Shown piece by piece: positions 19,204-27,447 of a stretch of DNA of 37,875 nucleotides. A model generated the notes under the pieces. The model was not told where the DNA came from. It saw only the letters and a program-made list of their open reading frames with translations, and did no database searches. The position numbers and the translations under genes were made by a program. The DNA is taken from the IMG/VR virus record IMGVR_UViG_3300050030_000093, one strand, 5' to 3'. Source of the stretch: an uncultured virus (IMG/VR IMGVR_UViG_3300050030_000093) (Duplodnaviria; Heunggongvirae; Uroviricota; Caudoviricetes). How positions within the stretch are numbered: position 1 is the first letter of the stretch; every line of letters starts with the position of its first letter.

Positions 19204-19587
19204 ATGAAAAGAAACGATAAACAAAGACTTTTCGAAGTCATGCAAAGACTCGATAAAACATTTAATCCTAAGTTGAATGAAATGTTAGAGTCGCCAGAAG
19301 AAGAACAGACTAATCCAGATTTTCTTCCAATAACTACTCCTGTTGGAAGTCCTGATGATAAGTTATTTACTGAGGTTGTTAATCAAGGAATTGATTCGCA
19401 TCTTGAAGGCTTTACCAAAAGTAAGTTCGAGATTAAAAACAGTTCGTTGGGTAATAGGAGAATATTTAACTTTCATAGGTCCGAATTACCAATATTGCTC
19501 AGAAGGTTAGAAGAAATTGGCAGTCCGGAAGCACTTCAATGGAAAGAAGACATTGAGCAATATAAAGATACTCCGGTATTTCATTAA
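19204..19587 (+). CDS. Hypothetical protein with KQRLFEVM N-terminal motif
   Basis: Start placed at MKRNDKQRL. Confidence 0.7.
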   Translation: MKRNDKQRLFEVMQRLDKTFNPKLNEMLESPEEEQTNPDFLPITTPVGSPDDKLFTEVVNQGIDSHLEGFTKSKFEIKNSSLGNRRIFNFHRSELPILLRRLEEIGSPEALQWKEDIEQYKDTPVFH

Positions 19588-19616
19588 AAATAAATGTATT
19601 TATAATAAAAAATAAT

Positions 19617-19931
19617 ATGAAAAAATATTGGGAAATGTTCGTAGCATGGCTGAAAGCAGTTGTGTTACCTTGGTTAAAAGGATTGTGGTTAAAATTTACC
19701 ACATGGTTTATGGGCAAGGAACTTGCATGGATTAAGAAAAATTGGAAAGAAATCGCTAATTTTCTTATTATATTAATTGCATACTGGAAACTTAAGGCAG
19801 ATAGTGCTGTGTTTGTTGCTTTTTTGTTAAAAGCATGGCTTATTGCAATGACTTTGTATTATGTCTTTATTCAAGGACTACAAATACAGAAGTTGTTTAA
19901 GAAAACACCACCTGCACCGCCTGTAGCATAA
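19617..19931 (+). CDS. Trp-rich membrane protein
   Basis: Amphipathic N-terminus plus two hydrophobic segments; GTATTTAT at 19596-19603. Confidence 0.65.
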   Translation: MKKYWEMFVAWLKAVVLPWLKGLWLKFTTWFMGKELAWIKKNWKEIANFLIILIAYWKLKADSAVFVAFLLKAWLIAMTLYYVFIQGLQIQKLFKKTPPAPPVA

Positions 19932-19947
19932 CATACTGGAAATTCTA

Positions 19948-19972
19948 AACCCGTCAATTGGCGGGTTTTTTT
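19948..19972 (+). terminator. Intrinsic terminator (likely bidirectional)
   Basis: AAACCCGTCA-AT-TGGCGGGTTTTTTT between convergent units. Confidence 0.8.
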
Positions 19973-19973
19973 G

Positions 19974-20046
19974 TAGCGACACAGGGAATCGAACCCTGAT
20001 TCCTTCCTTATGAGAGAAGTGTCTTAGCCATTAGAGCGATGTCGCT
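19974..20046 (-). tRNA. tRNA with CAT anticodon (elongator Met or Ile2)
   Basis: AGCGACA/TGTCGCT, CTTCT-CTCATAA-GGAAG, CAGGG-TTCGATT-CCCTG; lacks initiator features; irregular D stem. Confidence 0.85.
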
Positions 20047-20059
20047 ATGTATATCGACA

Positions 20060-20386
20060 CTACCAAATAATGTCGATACATGCTCTTTGATACCCACCAT
20101 AATATCTGGTGTTGATTTTGGTTGGTTTTTTCATCCATTGCCTTGGATTTTTAGAAACTAATTTCCAGTTTGGAAATCTGGTGTTTGTTCCCTTTCTTTT
20201 ACCACGGCATATTTCCATGTCATCGTAAATATATCCACCGTACCATTTTTTACCATCCGCATTTTCGTTGTGATGATAGCCACAGTATGAGCAATGAATT
20301 CTACACTTTTGTTCAAGATAAATCTTGTAGGCACGGTTGAATTCACCACGATTTGTGGTTGTCTTACTAATAATTTTACTTTTCAT
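20060..20386 (-). CDS. Hypothetical basic protein
   Basis: 108-aa ORF with a CSYC motif, co-oriented with neighbours. Confidence 0.6.
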   Translation of the reverse strand: MKSKIISKTTTNRGEFNRAYKIYLEQKCRIHCSYCGYHHNENADGKKWYGGYIYDDMEICRGKRKGTNTRFPNWKLVSKNPRQWMKKPTKINTRYYGGYQRACIDIIW

Positions 20387-20444
20387 TTTCTTGTATACGC
20401 TTTAGTGCGTTACAAGAAATACATCCAAGGTCTTTTCATCGTTT

Positions 20445-20684
20445 TTAGTTTTTATCAATTAAATTTATTTCGTTAGCTATTTCTTGAAATTTCTTATTAA
20501 GTTCTTCATATTTTATTCTGTCTTCTCCATCATCAGGTATTTCAACAAATTCAATCTTACCATCATCTATAGTGGTGGTGTATGGCTTGAGAAGTTTGTC
20601 TATTTCATCCATTACTTTGCCCAATGCCCGACCCTTTTGTTCATTGAGTTTTTCAAACACCTTTCTACCCATTTCTGTTATCAT
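20445..20684 (-). CDS. Hypothetical protein
   Basis: ~79-aa ORF starting just after tRNA-Leu(CAA). Confidence 0.55.
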   Translation of the reverse strand: MITEMGRKVFEKLNEQKGRALGKVMDEIDKLLKPYTTTIDDGKIEFVEIPDDGEDRIKYEELNKKFQEIANEINLIDKN

Positions 20685-20686
20685 AG

Positions 20687-20770
20687 TCCTCAAGGTCGGG
20701 GTCGAACCGACACGTCATTGCTGACAATAGTTTTTGAAACTATCACGTCTACCAATTTCATCACATGAGG
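20687..20770 (-). tRNA. tRNA-Leu(CAA)
   Basis: CCTCATG/CTTGAGG, ATAGT-TTCAAAA-ACTAT, V-arm GTCA-GCAA-TGAC, A73. Confidence 0.88.
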
Positions 20771-20941
20771 AAGTATAAAGTAATGCGGAATATTTGGGTC
20801 AAATACATAATTTATCACAGGATTTTCAGCACCCTTTTTCAGTGCCCGGTTATATGCTTTGATGATATCTTTACCTGAAGCAATAACTTTGGTGTCCGTG
20901 AATGATTTTGTTATAATATATTTTCCGTAATACTTTTTCAT
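20690..20941 (-). CDS. Small protein, DUF5678-like; reading frame runs through tRNA-Leu(CAA)
   Basis: MKKYYGKYII...KVIASGKD...AYNRALKKG.ENP. Confidence 0.5.
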   Translation of the reverse strand: MKKYYGKYIITKSFTDTKVIASGKDIIKAYNRALKKGAENPVINYVFDPNIPHYFILPHVMKLVDVIVSKTIVSNDVSVRPRP

Positions 20942-21063
20942 TATTTCTTTTTTGGCACAACCCTTATGATTTTTCTTCGTGGGTCTGTTATTTTCAACGG
21001 TTTGCCACAATGACAATCATCTTCTTTGGGTATTGGCTTTTTACTTTTGATTATGTTTGTCAT
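20941..21063 (-). CDS. Hypothetical 40-aa basic peptide
   Basis: Manual translation MTNIIKSKKPIPKEDDCHCGKPLKITDPRRKIIRVVPKKK; ATGA and TAATG overlaps with both neighbours. Confidence 0.5.
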   Translation of the reverse strand: MTNIIKSKKPIPKEDDCHCGKPLKITDPRRKIIRVVPKKK

Positions 21064-21242
21064 TTCAAATCAAGTTTTTCGTCTTCATATACTTGAGTAG
21101 TTGCCATACCATCATTATGATATAACGTACCTTCCTTTTGCGCCCGGAGAATATCAGCAGGGTCTTCAATTCGTGTCAAATCACCCATACCGTCTTCTTC
21201 ATAGTATCCTTCATCCAACCAATTTCTAAATAGTAATCCCAT
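21060..21242 (-). CDS. Hypothetical protein
   Basis: 60-aa acidic ORF in a tightly packed run. Confidence 0.55.
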   Translation of the reverse strand: MGLLFRNWLDEGYYEEDGMGDLTRIEDPADILRAQKEGTLYHNDGMATTQVYEDEKLDLK

Positions 21243-21417
21243 TTACTTCTCGTTTTAATTCTTGCTTAATTCGTTGTCTTTCAGCACCCTTATTAATGTC
21301 ACCAAGTTCAGTTTCCCACCAATTAACCCATTTACCACCAAATTTTTTACTCAATCTTTTTGGATGGCAATCGGTGTAGTTATATCTCATTTTTGCACTT
21401 TTTCCGTAAGGTAACAT
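21226..21417 (-). CDS. Hypothetical protein
   Basis: ORF MLPYGKSAK...WVNWWE..., packed between neighbours. Confidence 0.55.
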   Translation of the reverse strand: MLPYGKSAKMRYNYTDCHPKRLSKKFGGKWVNWWETELGDINKGAERQRIKQELKREVNGITI

Positions 21418-21418
21418 A

Positions 21419-21685
21419 TTATATCCAAGGTTTACCAAATGCTGTCATTTCTTCTGCAGTCCATTTTCCTGCCTTCACCAAATCACCCTTTATCCTATCA
21501 AGAACCAAGCAACAAATATTGCCTTTATCTTCCTGGAAATACTTCAAGAATTCTTTACGGTCTTCATCAGAAGCTAATTTAATGATTTCTTTGGCTTCTG
21601 CATGATATTGCTTTGCAATTTCCTTAACAACTGCCTTATTACAATTTTCCAATAAAACATCAATTGGAACATTTGGTTTTTTCAT
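21419..21685 (-). CDS. Hypothetical protein
   Basis: 88-aa ORF; GTATTTAT at 21699-21706. Confidence 0.65.
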   Translation of the reverse strand: MKKPNVPIDVLLENCNKAVVKEIAKQYHAEAKEIIKLASDEDRKEFLKYFQEDKGNICCLVLDRIKGDLVKAGKWTAEEMTAFGKPWI

Positions 21686-21710
21686 GTTATTTTTTATTAT
21701 AAATACTTAG

Positions 21711-21817
21711 TAGCGAAGATGGGAGTCGAACCCACACGGACATTACTGCCCACGGGATTTGATTTGCTCTATTCGAAGCACTAAGTCCAGCGTGTCTACC
21801 AATTCCACCACTACGCC
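21711..21817 (-). tRNA. tRNA-Leu-type gene with 21-nt insertion in the anticodon loop (intron-containing or pseudogene)
   Basis: GGCGTAG TG GTGGAATTGGTAGACAC G CTGGA CTTAG[23 nt]TCCCG, long V-arm, GTGGG-TTCGACT-CCCAT, A73. Confidence 0.7.
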
Positions 21818-21818
21818 A

Positions 21819-22283
21819 TTATTTTTTATTTGTTGCATTTTTTCCTCTGTGTGTTTCTGTTTGACTATGACAATTTGGACACAACATTTTTAAGTTCGAC
21901 AACAAATGATTGGTTCTATCTCCATCAACGTGGTCTAATTCCATTTCCAATTTCTTTCTATGCCACTTATTTTTTTGTCCACATTCTTCACATTCATTTT
22001 TTTTATAACCTTCACCGACTAATCTGTTTTTTAATTTAAATGTTTGATATTCTGGATGTTTACCTTCAAATATTATTTCTTCAATTGGTATTATTTTTGA
22101 GGGTCTTTTTCTTGTACCCTTTCCCGATTGATTTGTTTTATAACAATTTAAAATTATTGCTCTTCGTTTAAAACTATTGAAATGTATTTTTAATTTTGCA
22201 GCAGCTTGCGCCATGCTTGTTGATGATTTGCATACACTAATAAAATATTTATCATTTATTCTATCTTTAATTTGTTTTGGCAT
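21819..22283 (-). CDS. HNH endonuclease
   Basis: CEECG...MELDHVDGDRTNHLLSNLKMLCPNCH. Confidence 0.92.
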   Translation of the reverse strand: MPKQIKDRINDKYFISVCKSSTSMAQAAAKLKIHFNSFKRRAIILNCYKTNQSGKGTRKRPSKIIPIEEIIFEGKHPEYQTFKLKNRLVGEGYKKNECEECGQKNKWHRKKLEMELDHVDGDRTNHLLSNLKMLCPNCHSQTETHRGKNATNKK

Positions 22284-22343
22284 AACATTTATTTTTCAAT
22301 AAATACTACACACTCAAGAAAAAAATTGTTTAGTGTCTGTTAA

Positions 22344-23390
22344 TTATTTATAGTTTTTTATTTTTCTTAAGTCTAAGCCACAATAAATCTCTTTACTTAG
22401 AAATTCTGACGATATGTTATTTAAAATGTCAAACAATCGATATCTCCATCTATTATCTGAACCCCAATTATCTTCTGAATCTCTAATAAATATAGGATAT
22501 ATTGTAGCTGGTTTTCCATCAGAGTCAGTAAATATGCCTTCATTCATAATCCTCTTATCAGTTACTTTCCAAAAGAAATTAATTGGTATTGTGACATAAT
22601 GTGGTTGATTATTATGTTTCAATATGATAATAAATACCTTATTTTCGGCATCTAAATTCACGTAAATACCTTCGTCATTGAAAGGAAAATTAATTTCTTT
22701 TTTCCTTTCCAAACACAGATAGGGAGTCAAATAACCAGTGAAAGAATCATCATCCATTTTATCCAATAGTGATTCATTTTGTTCATTGGCAATAATATAT
22801 GTTAATAAAAACAATCTAATTGTGTCAACATTAATTAGCTTTATTATTCTTATATCAAAATGGGTTGATAGAAAAAGATATGCACTTTTAAATAATCCTA
22901 AATGAGTTTCTTTAATAAGAAGTCTATCTGATAATGTCAGATTTTCTATTGTGAATGAATTGTTTTTACTAAAATAATCTGAAAGTGATTTATATTCATT
23001 CCCCTTAACTCTTTTACCATCAGAAACTATTAATTTTTCTTTTTGATAATTTAATTTCACTTGAAATGGTGCAATAACTCCTTTTAATTTTAAATTGGCA
23101 ACCAAATCATCTTTAATTTCTTTTTTCATATAGAAATTATCAAGCATGAATGTTTTGTTGGTCTTTTCTTCAATAGTTCCAAAACCACAATTACATGTAT
23201 GACATACAGGTGTTGTTCTTATACCACCCCATGCTATTGGTGGGACGTGTTCATCAGTTAAAACTTGAGTGTTATTGGGAAATAACGATAAACATATTGG
23301 GCATGGATATTCGGTGGGATTTTCATAGAATCCCGATAATTTTGCACCTTCGACACCAAAATTAAAAGCTAATTCTCTATTATATTTCAT
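22344..23390 (-). CDS. Protein with N-terminal HNH-like nuclease domain
   Basis: CPIC...LTDEHVPPIAWGG...VCHTCN; long unrecognised C-terminus. Confidence 0.7.
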   Translation of the reverse strand: MKYNRELAFNFGVEGAKLSGFYENPTEYPCPICLSLFPNNTQVLTDEHVPPIAWGGIRTTPVCHTCNCGFGTIEEKTNKTFMLDNFYMKKEIKDDLVANLKLKGVIAPFQVKLNYQKEKLIVSDGKRVKGNEYKSLSDYFSKNNSFTIENLTLSDRLLIKETHLGLFKSAYLFLSTHFDIRIIKLINVDTIRLFLLTYIIANEQNESLLDKMDDDSFTGYLTPYLCLERKKEINFPFNDEGIYVNLDAENKVFIIILKHNNQPHYVTIPINFFWKVTDKRIMNEGIFTDSDGKPATIYPIFIRDSEDNWGSDNRWRYRLFDILNNISSEFLSKEIYCGLDLRKIKNYK

Positions 23391-23407
23391 TTTTAAAAAT
23401 TATTTAA

Positions 23408-23425
23408 AATTTCACCACTACGCCA
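23408..23425 (-). repeat. Duplicated 5' end of tRNA-Leu (17/18 identical to 21801-21818)
   Basis: TGGCGTAGTGGTGAAATT vs TGGCGTAGTGGTGGAATT. Confidence 0.8.
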
Positions 23426-23429
23426 AATA

Positions 23430-23627
23430 TCATTCTTTGTCATGATGACCAGTTGTATTGTTACCCCAAAAACCACTATCAGTGGAATTCTTTACAACAG
23501 GAATATCGTCATCATCTAAGGCATTTAATCTTGCAAACCTTATTTTCTTTTTCTTATTTTTCTCTCTAACAATATTAGCTGCTGTTTCAGTTAAATCGAC
23601 ACCATCATATCTATCTTCTGTTTTCAT
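23430..23627 (-). CDS. Hypothetical protein
   Basis: 65-aa ORF; ATGA overlap with upstream gene. Confidence 0.55.
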   Translation of the reverse strand: MKTEDRYDGVDLTETAANIVREKNKKKKIRFARLNALDDDDIPVVKNSTDSGFWGNNTTGHHDKE

Positions 23628-23932
23628 GATTCTTCAAGTATTATTCTGTTATCAAAACTGCCACGTTCTAATTTTTTCTTCGCTTTTACTTCCTTAATTT
23701 TATCCAAATGAAAATCGTAAAACTTAGCAAGTGCTTCAAGTACTTCCATTACATCAGCAAATTCTTCCAGACTTGGTTTTTCTTTAAATTCCAAGATTTC
23801 TTCTCCAAGTTTTTCGTAGAGTTTTTCAAGAAATTCTTTATCGTCTTTAGCTATATGGTATTTGCAACCCCCGCCAGACCTTTTAATGATTTTAAGAATT
23901 TTATCCCTAACCAGTTTATTATATGTTTTCAT
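23624..23932 (-). CDS. All-alpha NTP pyrophosphohydrolase (MazG-like)
   Basis: YNKLVRDKI...KLGEEILEF...EEFADVMEV...K..ERGSF. Confidence 0.85.
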   Translation of the reverse strand: MKTYNKLVRDKILKIIKRSGGGCKYHIAKDDKEFLEKLYEKLGEEILEFKEKPSLEEFADVMEVLEALAKFYDFHLDKIKEVKAKKKLERGSFDNRIILEES

Positions 23933-24360
23933 ACCTGCAATACCATTCGCATGTCTTCTTTATTATATATTCTGTGGAAGCATCCTTGTCCACAAATTGT
24001 TTGAAAATAGTAACCCTTAAAGAAATAAATCGTACTTGGAAAATGTTTTGGTTCAATTTCTGCTACTTCAATTGGTTCATAATTGTGAACAAGATAATCA
24101 ATCACAAAAGCCAATTTATTATTTGGATATGGCTCATAGCCTTTATGTCCACATTTTTCCAAATAACCGTCATCATGTTCAAGAATCAATCGGTACATCA
24201 GAGTTTCAAAATCATGAGTTTCAAGATATTTTTCGAATTTTCTGTAACGACCATCGGCAATTTTTAATTCCTTTGCCATTTTTTCAATAAACTCATTACG
24301 AATGGCAATACCTTCAGGAGATTCTGCCCATTTTTTCATTTTTTTGTAATCCAAACTCAT
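23929..24360 (-). CDS. Hypothetical protein
   Basis: 143-aa ORF in a translationally coupled run. Confidence 0.7.
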   Translation of the reverse strand: MSLDYKKMKKWAESPEGIAIRNEFIEKMAKELKIADGRYRKFEKYLETHDFETLMYRLILEHDDGYLEKCGHKGYEPYPNNKLAFVIDYLVHNYEPIEVAEIEPKHFPSTIYFFKGYYFQTICGQGCFHRIYNKEDMRMVLQV

Positions 24361-24362
24361 AA

Positions 24363-24554
24363 TTAATTTAATTTTGTTAGTTCAAATTTTCTTTTATATT
24401 CATCAAATTCTTTATCTGACATTTTAAGTAGTCCGTCTGCTAATATTTTGGCTTCAACATCCCTTTTTTTCATAGTATTTGGATGATTCATGTAGAGCAC
24501 AAAAAGTATTGCTTCTTTCGCTCTGTCAAGTTTATTTATTTCTTCGTCAGTCAT
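24363..24554 (-). CDS. Hypothetical protein
   Basis: 63-aa ORF; ATGA overlap. Confidence 0.55.
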   Translation of the reverse strand: MTDEEINKLDRAKEAILFVLYMNHPNTMKKRDVEAKILADGLLKMSDKEFDEYKRKFELTKLN

Positions 24555-25102
24555 AATTTATTTATCCAAAATAACGCAATTTTTTTGCAAAAAGCAACTG
24601 TTTCTTCTTCGGTCATCGAATTTTTCATGTAGTTTATTGGTGTTGACACAAACACCACATTATTTTTTTCATATGGTTTATTCGAATCAACTCGGTCAAG
24701 CGATGCCATTTCAAACATCTGATGTCTTTTTCTTGCTTGAGGTAACTTAAGTTCAATTCCTGTGTATGGACATTTACCGTTTTGTTTATTCCATTGTTCA
24801 AGCAAATCGTCTAATGTTAAATCACCCAAGTTTTTTCTTCGTTTTGCTCTCCTTATAAATTCCCGAAAACCAGTAAATTGGTCTCTTTGAGTTTTACCAT
24901 TAAAATTATCAACATTTCCCTTTCCTATCCAAATGCCCAGATTTTTAATATTTGTTTTTCCAAGGCAACTTTGGGAGCAATAATGTTTTTTACCTTTTGC
25001 TTCCGTTCTTTTTATTTCTGAAACCGCTTTTTCAAACGGAGTATTGCAGTTATAACATATAACTACTGCTGTTTTTCTTTTATACTTTTCCATCTTCCAC
25101 AA
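24551..25102 (-). CDS. Putative HNH/His-Me finger homing endonuclease downstream of tmRNA
   Basis: N-terminal CYNC...YCSQSC; KCPYTG...SLDRVDSNKPYEKNNV...INYMK. Confidence 0.75.
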   Translation of the reverse strand: MWKMEKYKRKTAVVICYNCNTPFEKAVSEIKRTEAKGKKHYCSQSCLGKTNIKNLGIWIGKGNVDNFNGKTQRDQFTGFREFIRRAKRRKNLGDLTLDDLLEQWNKQNGKCPYTGIELKLPQARKRHQMFEMASLDRVDSNKPYEKNNVVFVSTPINYMKNSMTEEETVAFCKKIALFWINKL

Positions 25103-25147
25103 TATTTTATTATAAATACTGTGGAAGTGCGGAAAAGTTTGTGGAAG

Positions 25148-25497
25148 TGGAGCAGAAGGGAGTTGAACCCTTGTCCAGTCATGCGACTAATACGTTTTCT
25201 ACAAGTTTATCTGAATTTTCTAATTCAGCGAAATATCTGATGTTTGCGGAACATCAACAATCCGTCTTGTCTTTTGCTTCCTTAAGCCGGAAGGTTCTTT
25301 GCTGAGTTTTTTGTTTCCTTATGCTGCGATTGCGAGTTCAGCGTTTCTTGCGAATACTGCATTACCTCTCGTAAGAGAAGTTGGAATAGACATTATGTCT
25401 TCTGCGTTTGTTGTTTTGAACCTTTTTAACGTAGTCTGATTCAACTACCACTTGCTTACTATACCACTCTGCCACGCTGTCAAAACCAGGCTGCCCC
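25148..25497 (-). ncRNA. ssrA: tmRNA
   Basis: GGGGCAG/CTGCTCC-A acceptor with G3.U70, TTTTGAC, GGGTTCAACTCCC T arm; internal tag ORF 25319-25405 AEDIMSIPTSLTRGNAVFARNAELAIAA*. Confidence 0.93.
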
Positions 25498-25502
25498 AAT
25501 TA

Positions 25503-25805
25503 TTAATATTCAACGTTTTTATATAATTCCATCCATTTTTTAATAAACATCTTTTCCATGTCATTCGCATCTACAAAAGTAATTTGTGTAAATCCGTATT
25601 TTTCTTTTTTTCTTCCTCTCACACCATGACCAGATTTAATGCCTATAAGTAAATACTTCGGGTCTTTAATTCCCTCAAGTGAGTATGCTTCAAATTCCCG
25701 GTCTTCTGTATAATCTTTGTCGATTAAACATCTAACTACATAACCTTTCTCAGATTTACGAAGAAATATTGCGGGAATGATAATTATCTTATTTACTTCT
25801 TCCAT
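25503..25805 (-). CDS. Hypothetical protein
   Basis: 100-aa ORF. Confidence 0.65.
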   Translation of the reverse strand: MEEVNKIIIIPAIFLRKSEKGYVVRCLIDKDYTEDREFEAYSLEGIKDPKYLLIGIKSGHGVRGRKKEKYGFTQITFVDANDMEKMFIKKWMELYKNVEY

Positions 25806-26061
25806 TTAATTTAGTTTCCAAATATAGGTCACAATCTAAGTGTCCATTCATACATGCCATCAAAGAGCCAAGCATTTGATGTTTCTCAAATTCGCTGTAA
25901 ATGTTCCATGCAACTTCATGTGCTGAACCTTCGAGATTTATTTGAGAAACCAATTCTTTAAAACATATCTTCAAGAACATAAATCTTTTGTCTCTTGTGT
26001 CAAGATGTGTTTCCAGTGCTTTAATTAAAGCATTTTTGCTTTTTTCAGTTATTGTACACAT
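25789..26061 (-). CDS. Hypothetical protein
   Basis: Start placed at MCTITEK, just after the previous stop. Confidence 0.6.
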   Translation of the reverse strand: MCTITEKSKNALIKALETHLDTRDKRFMFLKICFKELVSQINLEGSAHEVAWNIYSEFEKHQMLGSLMACMNGHLDCDLYLETKLNGRSK

Positions 26062-26062
26062 T

Positions 26063-26788
26063 TTATTTACTTTTTTCTGGTTCTTTTCTGAATGACCATT
26101 TATCAAATCCGTGTTGTGTAATCTTATATTTGTCTGCTACTTCCACGATTTCCTTTTCACCCCTGCCAAGTACTCCACCCATGAACATCGAAACTTCTTG
26201 AAATGCTTGTACTGCATCAAAGACTTTGTAAAACTGAAAGTCTTTTAAAAGTGGATTAATAATAAATTTTGAATATTGGTCATTATTTTTTCTTCTGAAA
26301 TAATGCGTTCTTCCATAATCACTGTCATAAACAAATGCAGGACTCTTAAGGTCTCTGAATATTTGCATTGCATTATATGATTGAACATATTTAACACTGT
26401 CTGATATATTACCTTCCCAACTTTTTTCTTCAAGAATATTCAGCATGTATTCTGTGTCATAAGTATATTCTGTACTGACTTCTTCATCTGAATTTATTAC
26501 CCTGTAGAGTTTCCAACCAATGTACAATTTTCCACAAAAACCTAAGATAAAATACGAATGATGATTGCAAATGTTTCGAAATTCTTTTTTCATATTATGA
26601 TAATGCATTGCATGAAAAGGTGTTTTTGCTCGGCTTAAACCCCAATATCCTCTATGTCTTTCAAAGAGCACAGGAATATCGTCTTTTTCGAATTCTTGAG
26701 TTTCTCGCTCATATACAATGGTTTTATCTATACCAGTTGTACCTGCAACGCCATCATAATAATCTTTTCTTTTTGCAATTATATACAT
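26063..26788 (-). CDS. Hypothetical phage protein (241 aa)
   Basis: Long ORF, KDYYD...GFCGK...HGFDKWSFRK. Confidence 0.8.
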   Translation of the reverse strand: MYIIAKRKDYYDGVAGTTGIDKTIVYERETQEFEKDDIPVLFERHRGYWGLSRAKTPFHAMHYHNMKKEFRNICNHHSYFILGFCGKLYIGWKLYRVINSDEEVSTEYTYDTEYMLNILEEKSWEGNISDSVKYVQSYNAMQIFRDLKSPAFVYDSDYGRTHYFRRKNNDQYSKFIINPLLKDFQFYKVFDAVQAFQEVSMFMGGVLGRGEKEIVEVADKYKITQHGFDKWSFRKEPEKSK

Positions 26789-26808
26789 AATCCGACAAAT
26801 TTACTTCA

Positions 26809-26837
26809 TTATACGTAATTAAACAAGAAATGTTACA
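26809..26837 (-). promoter_or_regulatory. Bipartite motif TGTAACA-N13-TACGTATAA (copy 1)
   Basis: Same motif and spacing at 37019-37047; both lie just upstream of minus-strand gene runs. Confidence 0.6.
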
Positions 26838-26856
26838 GATAAATACGAAAATATTT

Positions 26857-27129
26857 CTAAGGTTCTAATCTCCAAATAAATTCTCGTAGCCAATCAACTT
26901 TTCTAAGGGTAATTAAATCATCGAGTTTTTTATAGAGTTCATACTTCTTGATTTCTCTGTCACTAAATGGCTTTCTTCTCTTTTGAATATAATACTTCTT
27001 AAAGAGTTGTTTGTGGAAGTAATTGTAATGTACGAATTTCCACCACAATGTTCTGCGATACCTAAATCTGATTTTGAAGATGTACTCCTTTCTTATTAAG
27101 TTATTACTAATCATTCCTAATTTATCCAA
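26857..27129 (-). CDS. Possible basic hypothetical protein
   Basis: 90-aa ORF filling the gap; TTG start, or ATG at 27114. Confidence 0.4.
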   Translation of the reverse strand: MDKLGMISNNLIRKEYIFKIRFRYRRTLWWKFVHYNYFHKQLFKKYYIQKRRKPFSDREIKKYELYKKLDDLITLRKVDWLREFIWRLEP

Positions 27130-27152
27130 AATTTGAAAATATTAGGAATCTC

Positions 27153-27288
27153 TGAAGTGGTAGTGTACTGCTAACTGATATTGCTCTTAGGCACAGATAA
27201 ATCTGCCCTCAGTGGTCGTTGTGCTCTTAGTTCATTTGGACTGAACGCCAACCTGCAGTACATACCTGCGATTTTTACTATCACTTCA
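27153..27288 (-). ncRNA. Unknown structured RNA at the 3' end of tRNA cluster 3
   Basis: Nested stems TGAAGTGATAGT/ACTACCACTTCA and TGTACTGC/GCAGTACA; two arms each carrying CTAAGAGCA. Confidence 0.6.
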
Positions 27289-27293
27289 TTTTG

Positions 27294-27365
27294 CACGTCT
27301 GGAAGTAATCGAAACCTCATCCACGGGTTTGGGAGCCGTTATCTTAGCCATTAGACGACAGACGT
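27294..27365 (-). tRNA. tRNA-Trp(CCA), atypical (C33, C31.C39 mismatch)
   Basis: ACGTCTG/CAGACGT, G73, ACGGC-TCCCAAA-CCCGT; a Gly(CCC) register is possible but fits worse. Confidence 0.7.
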
Positions 27366-27374
27366 ATTTTATTG

Positions 27375-27447
27375 CACACCGGGAGAGGCTCGAACTCCCG
27401 ACCTTTGCTTTTGGAGAGCACTATTCTACCAACTGAACTACCGATGT
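27375..27447 (-). tRNA. tRNA-Trp(CCA)
   Basis: ACATCGG/CCGGTGT, G73, loop CTCCAAA. Confidence 0.9.

Noticed and set aside
25121..25150. Short GTGGAAGTG repeats at the tmRNA 3' end
   Set aside because: Too short to establish an att site or target duplication; no integrase in the window.
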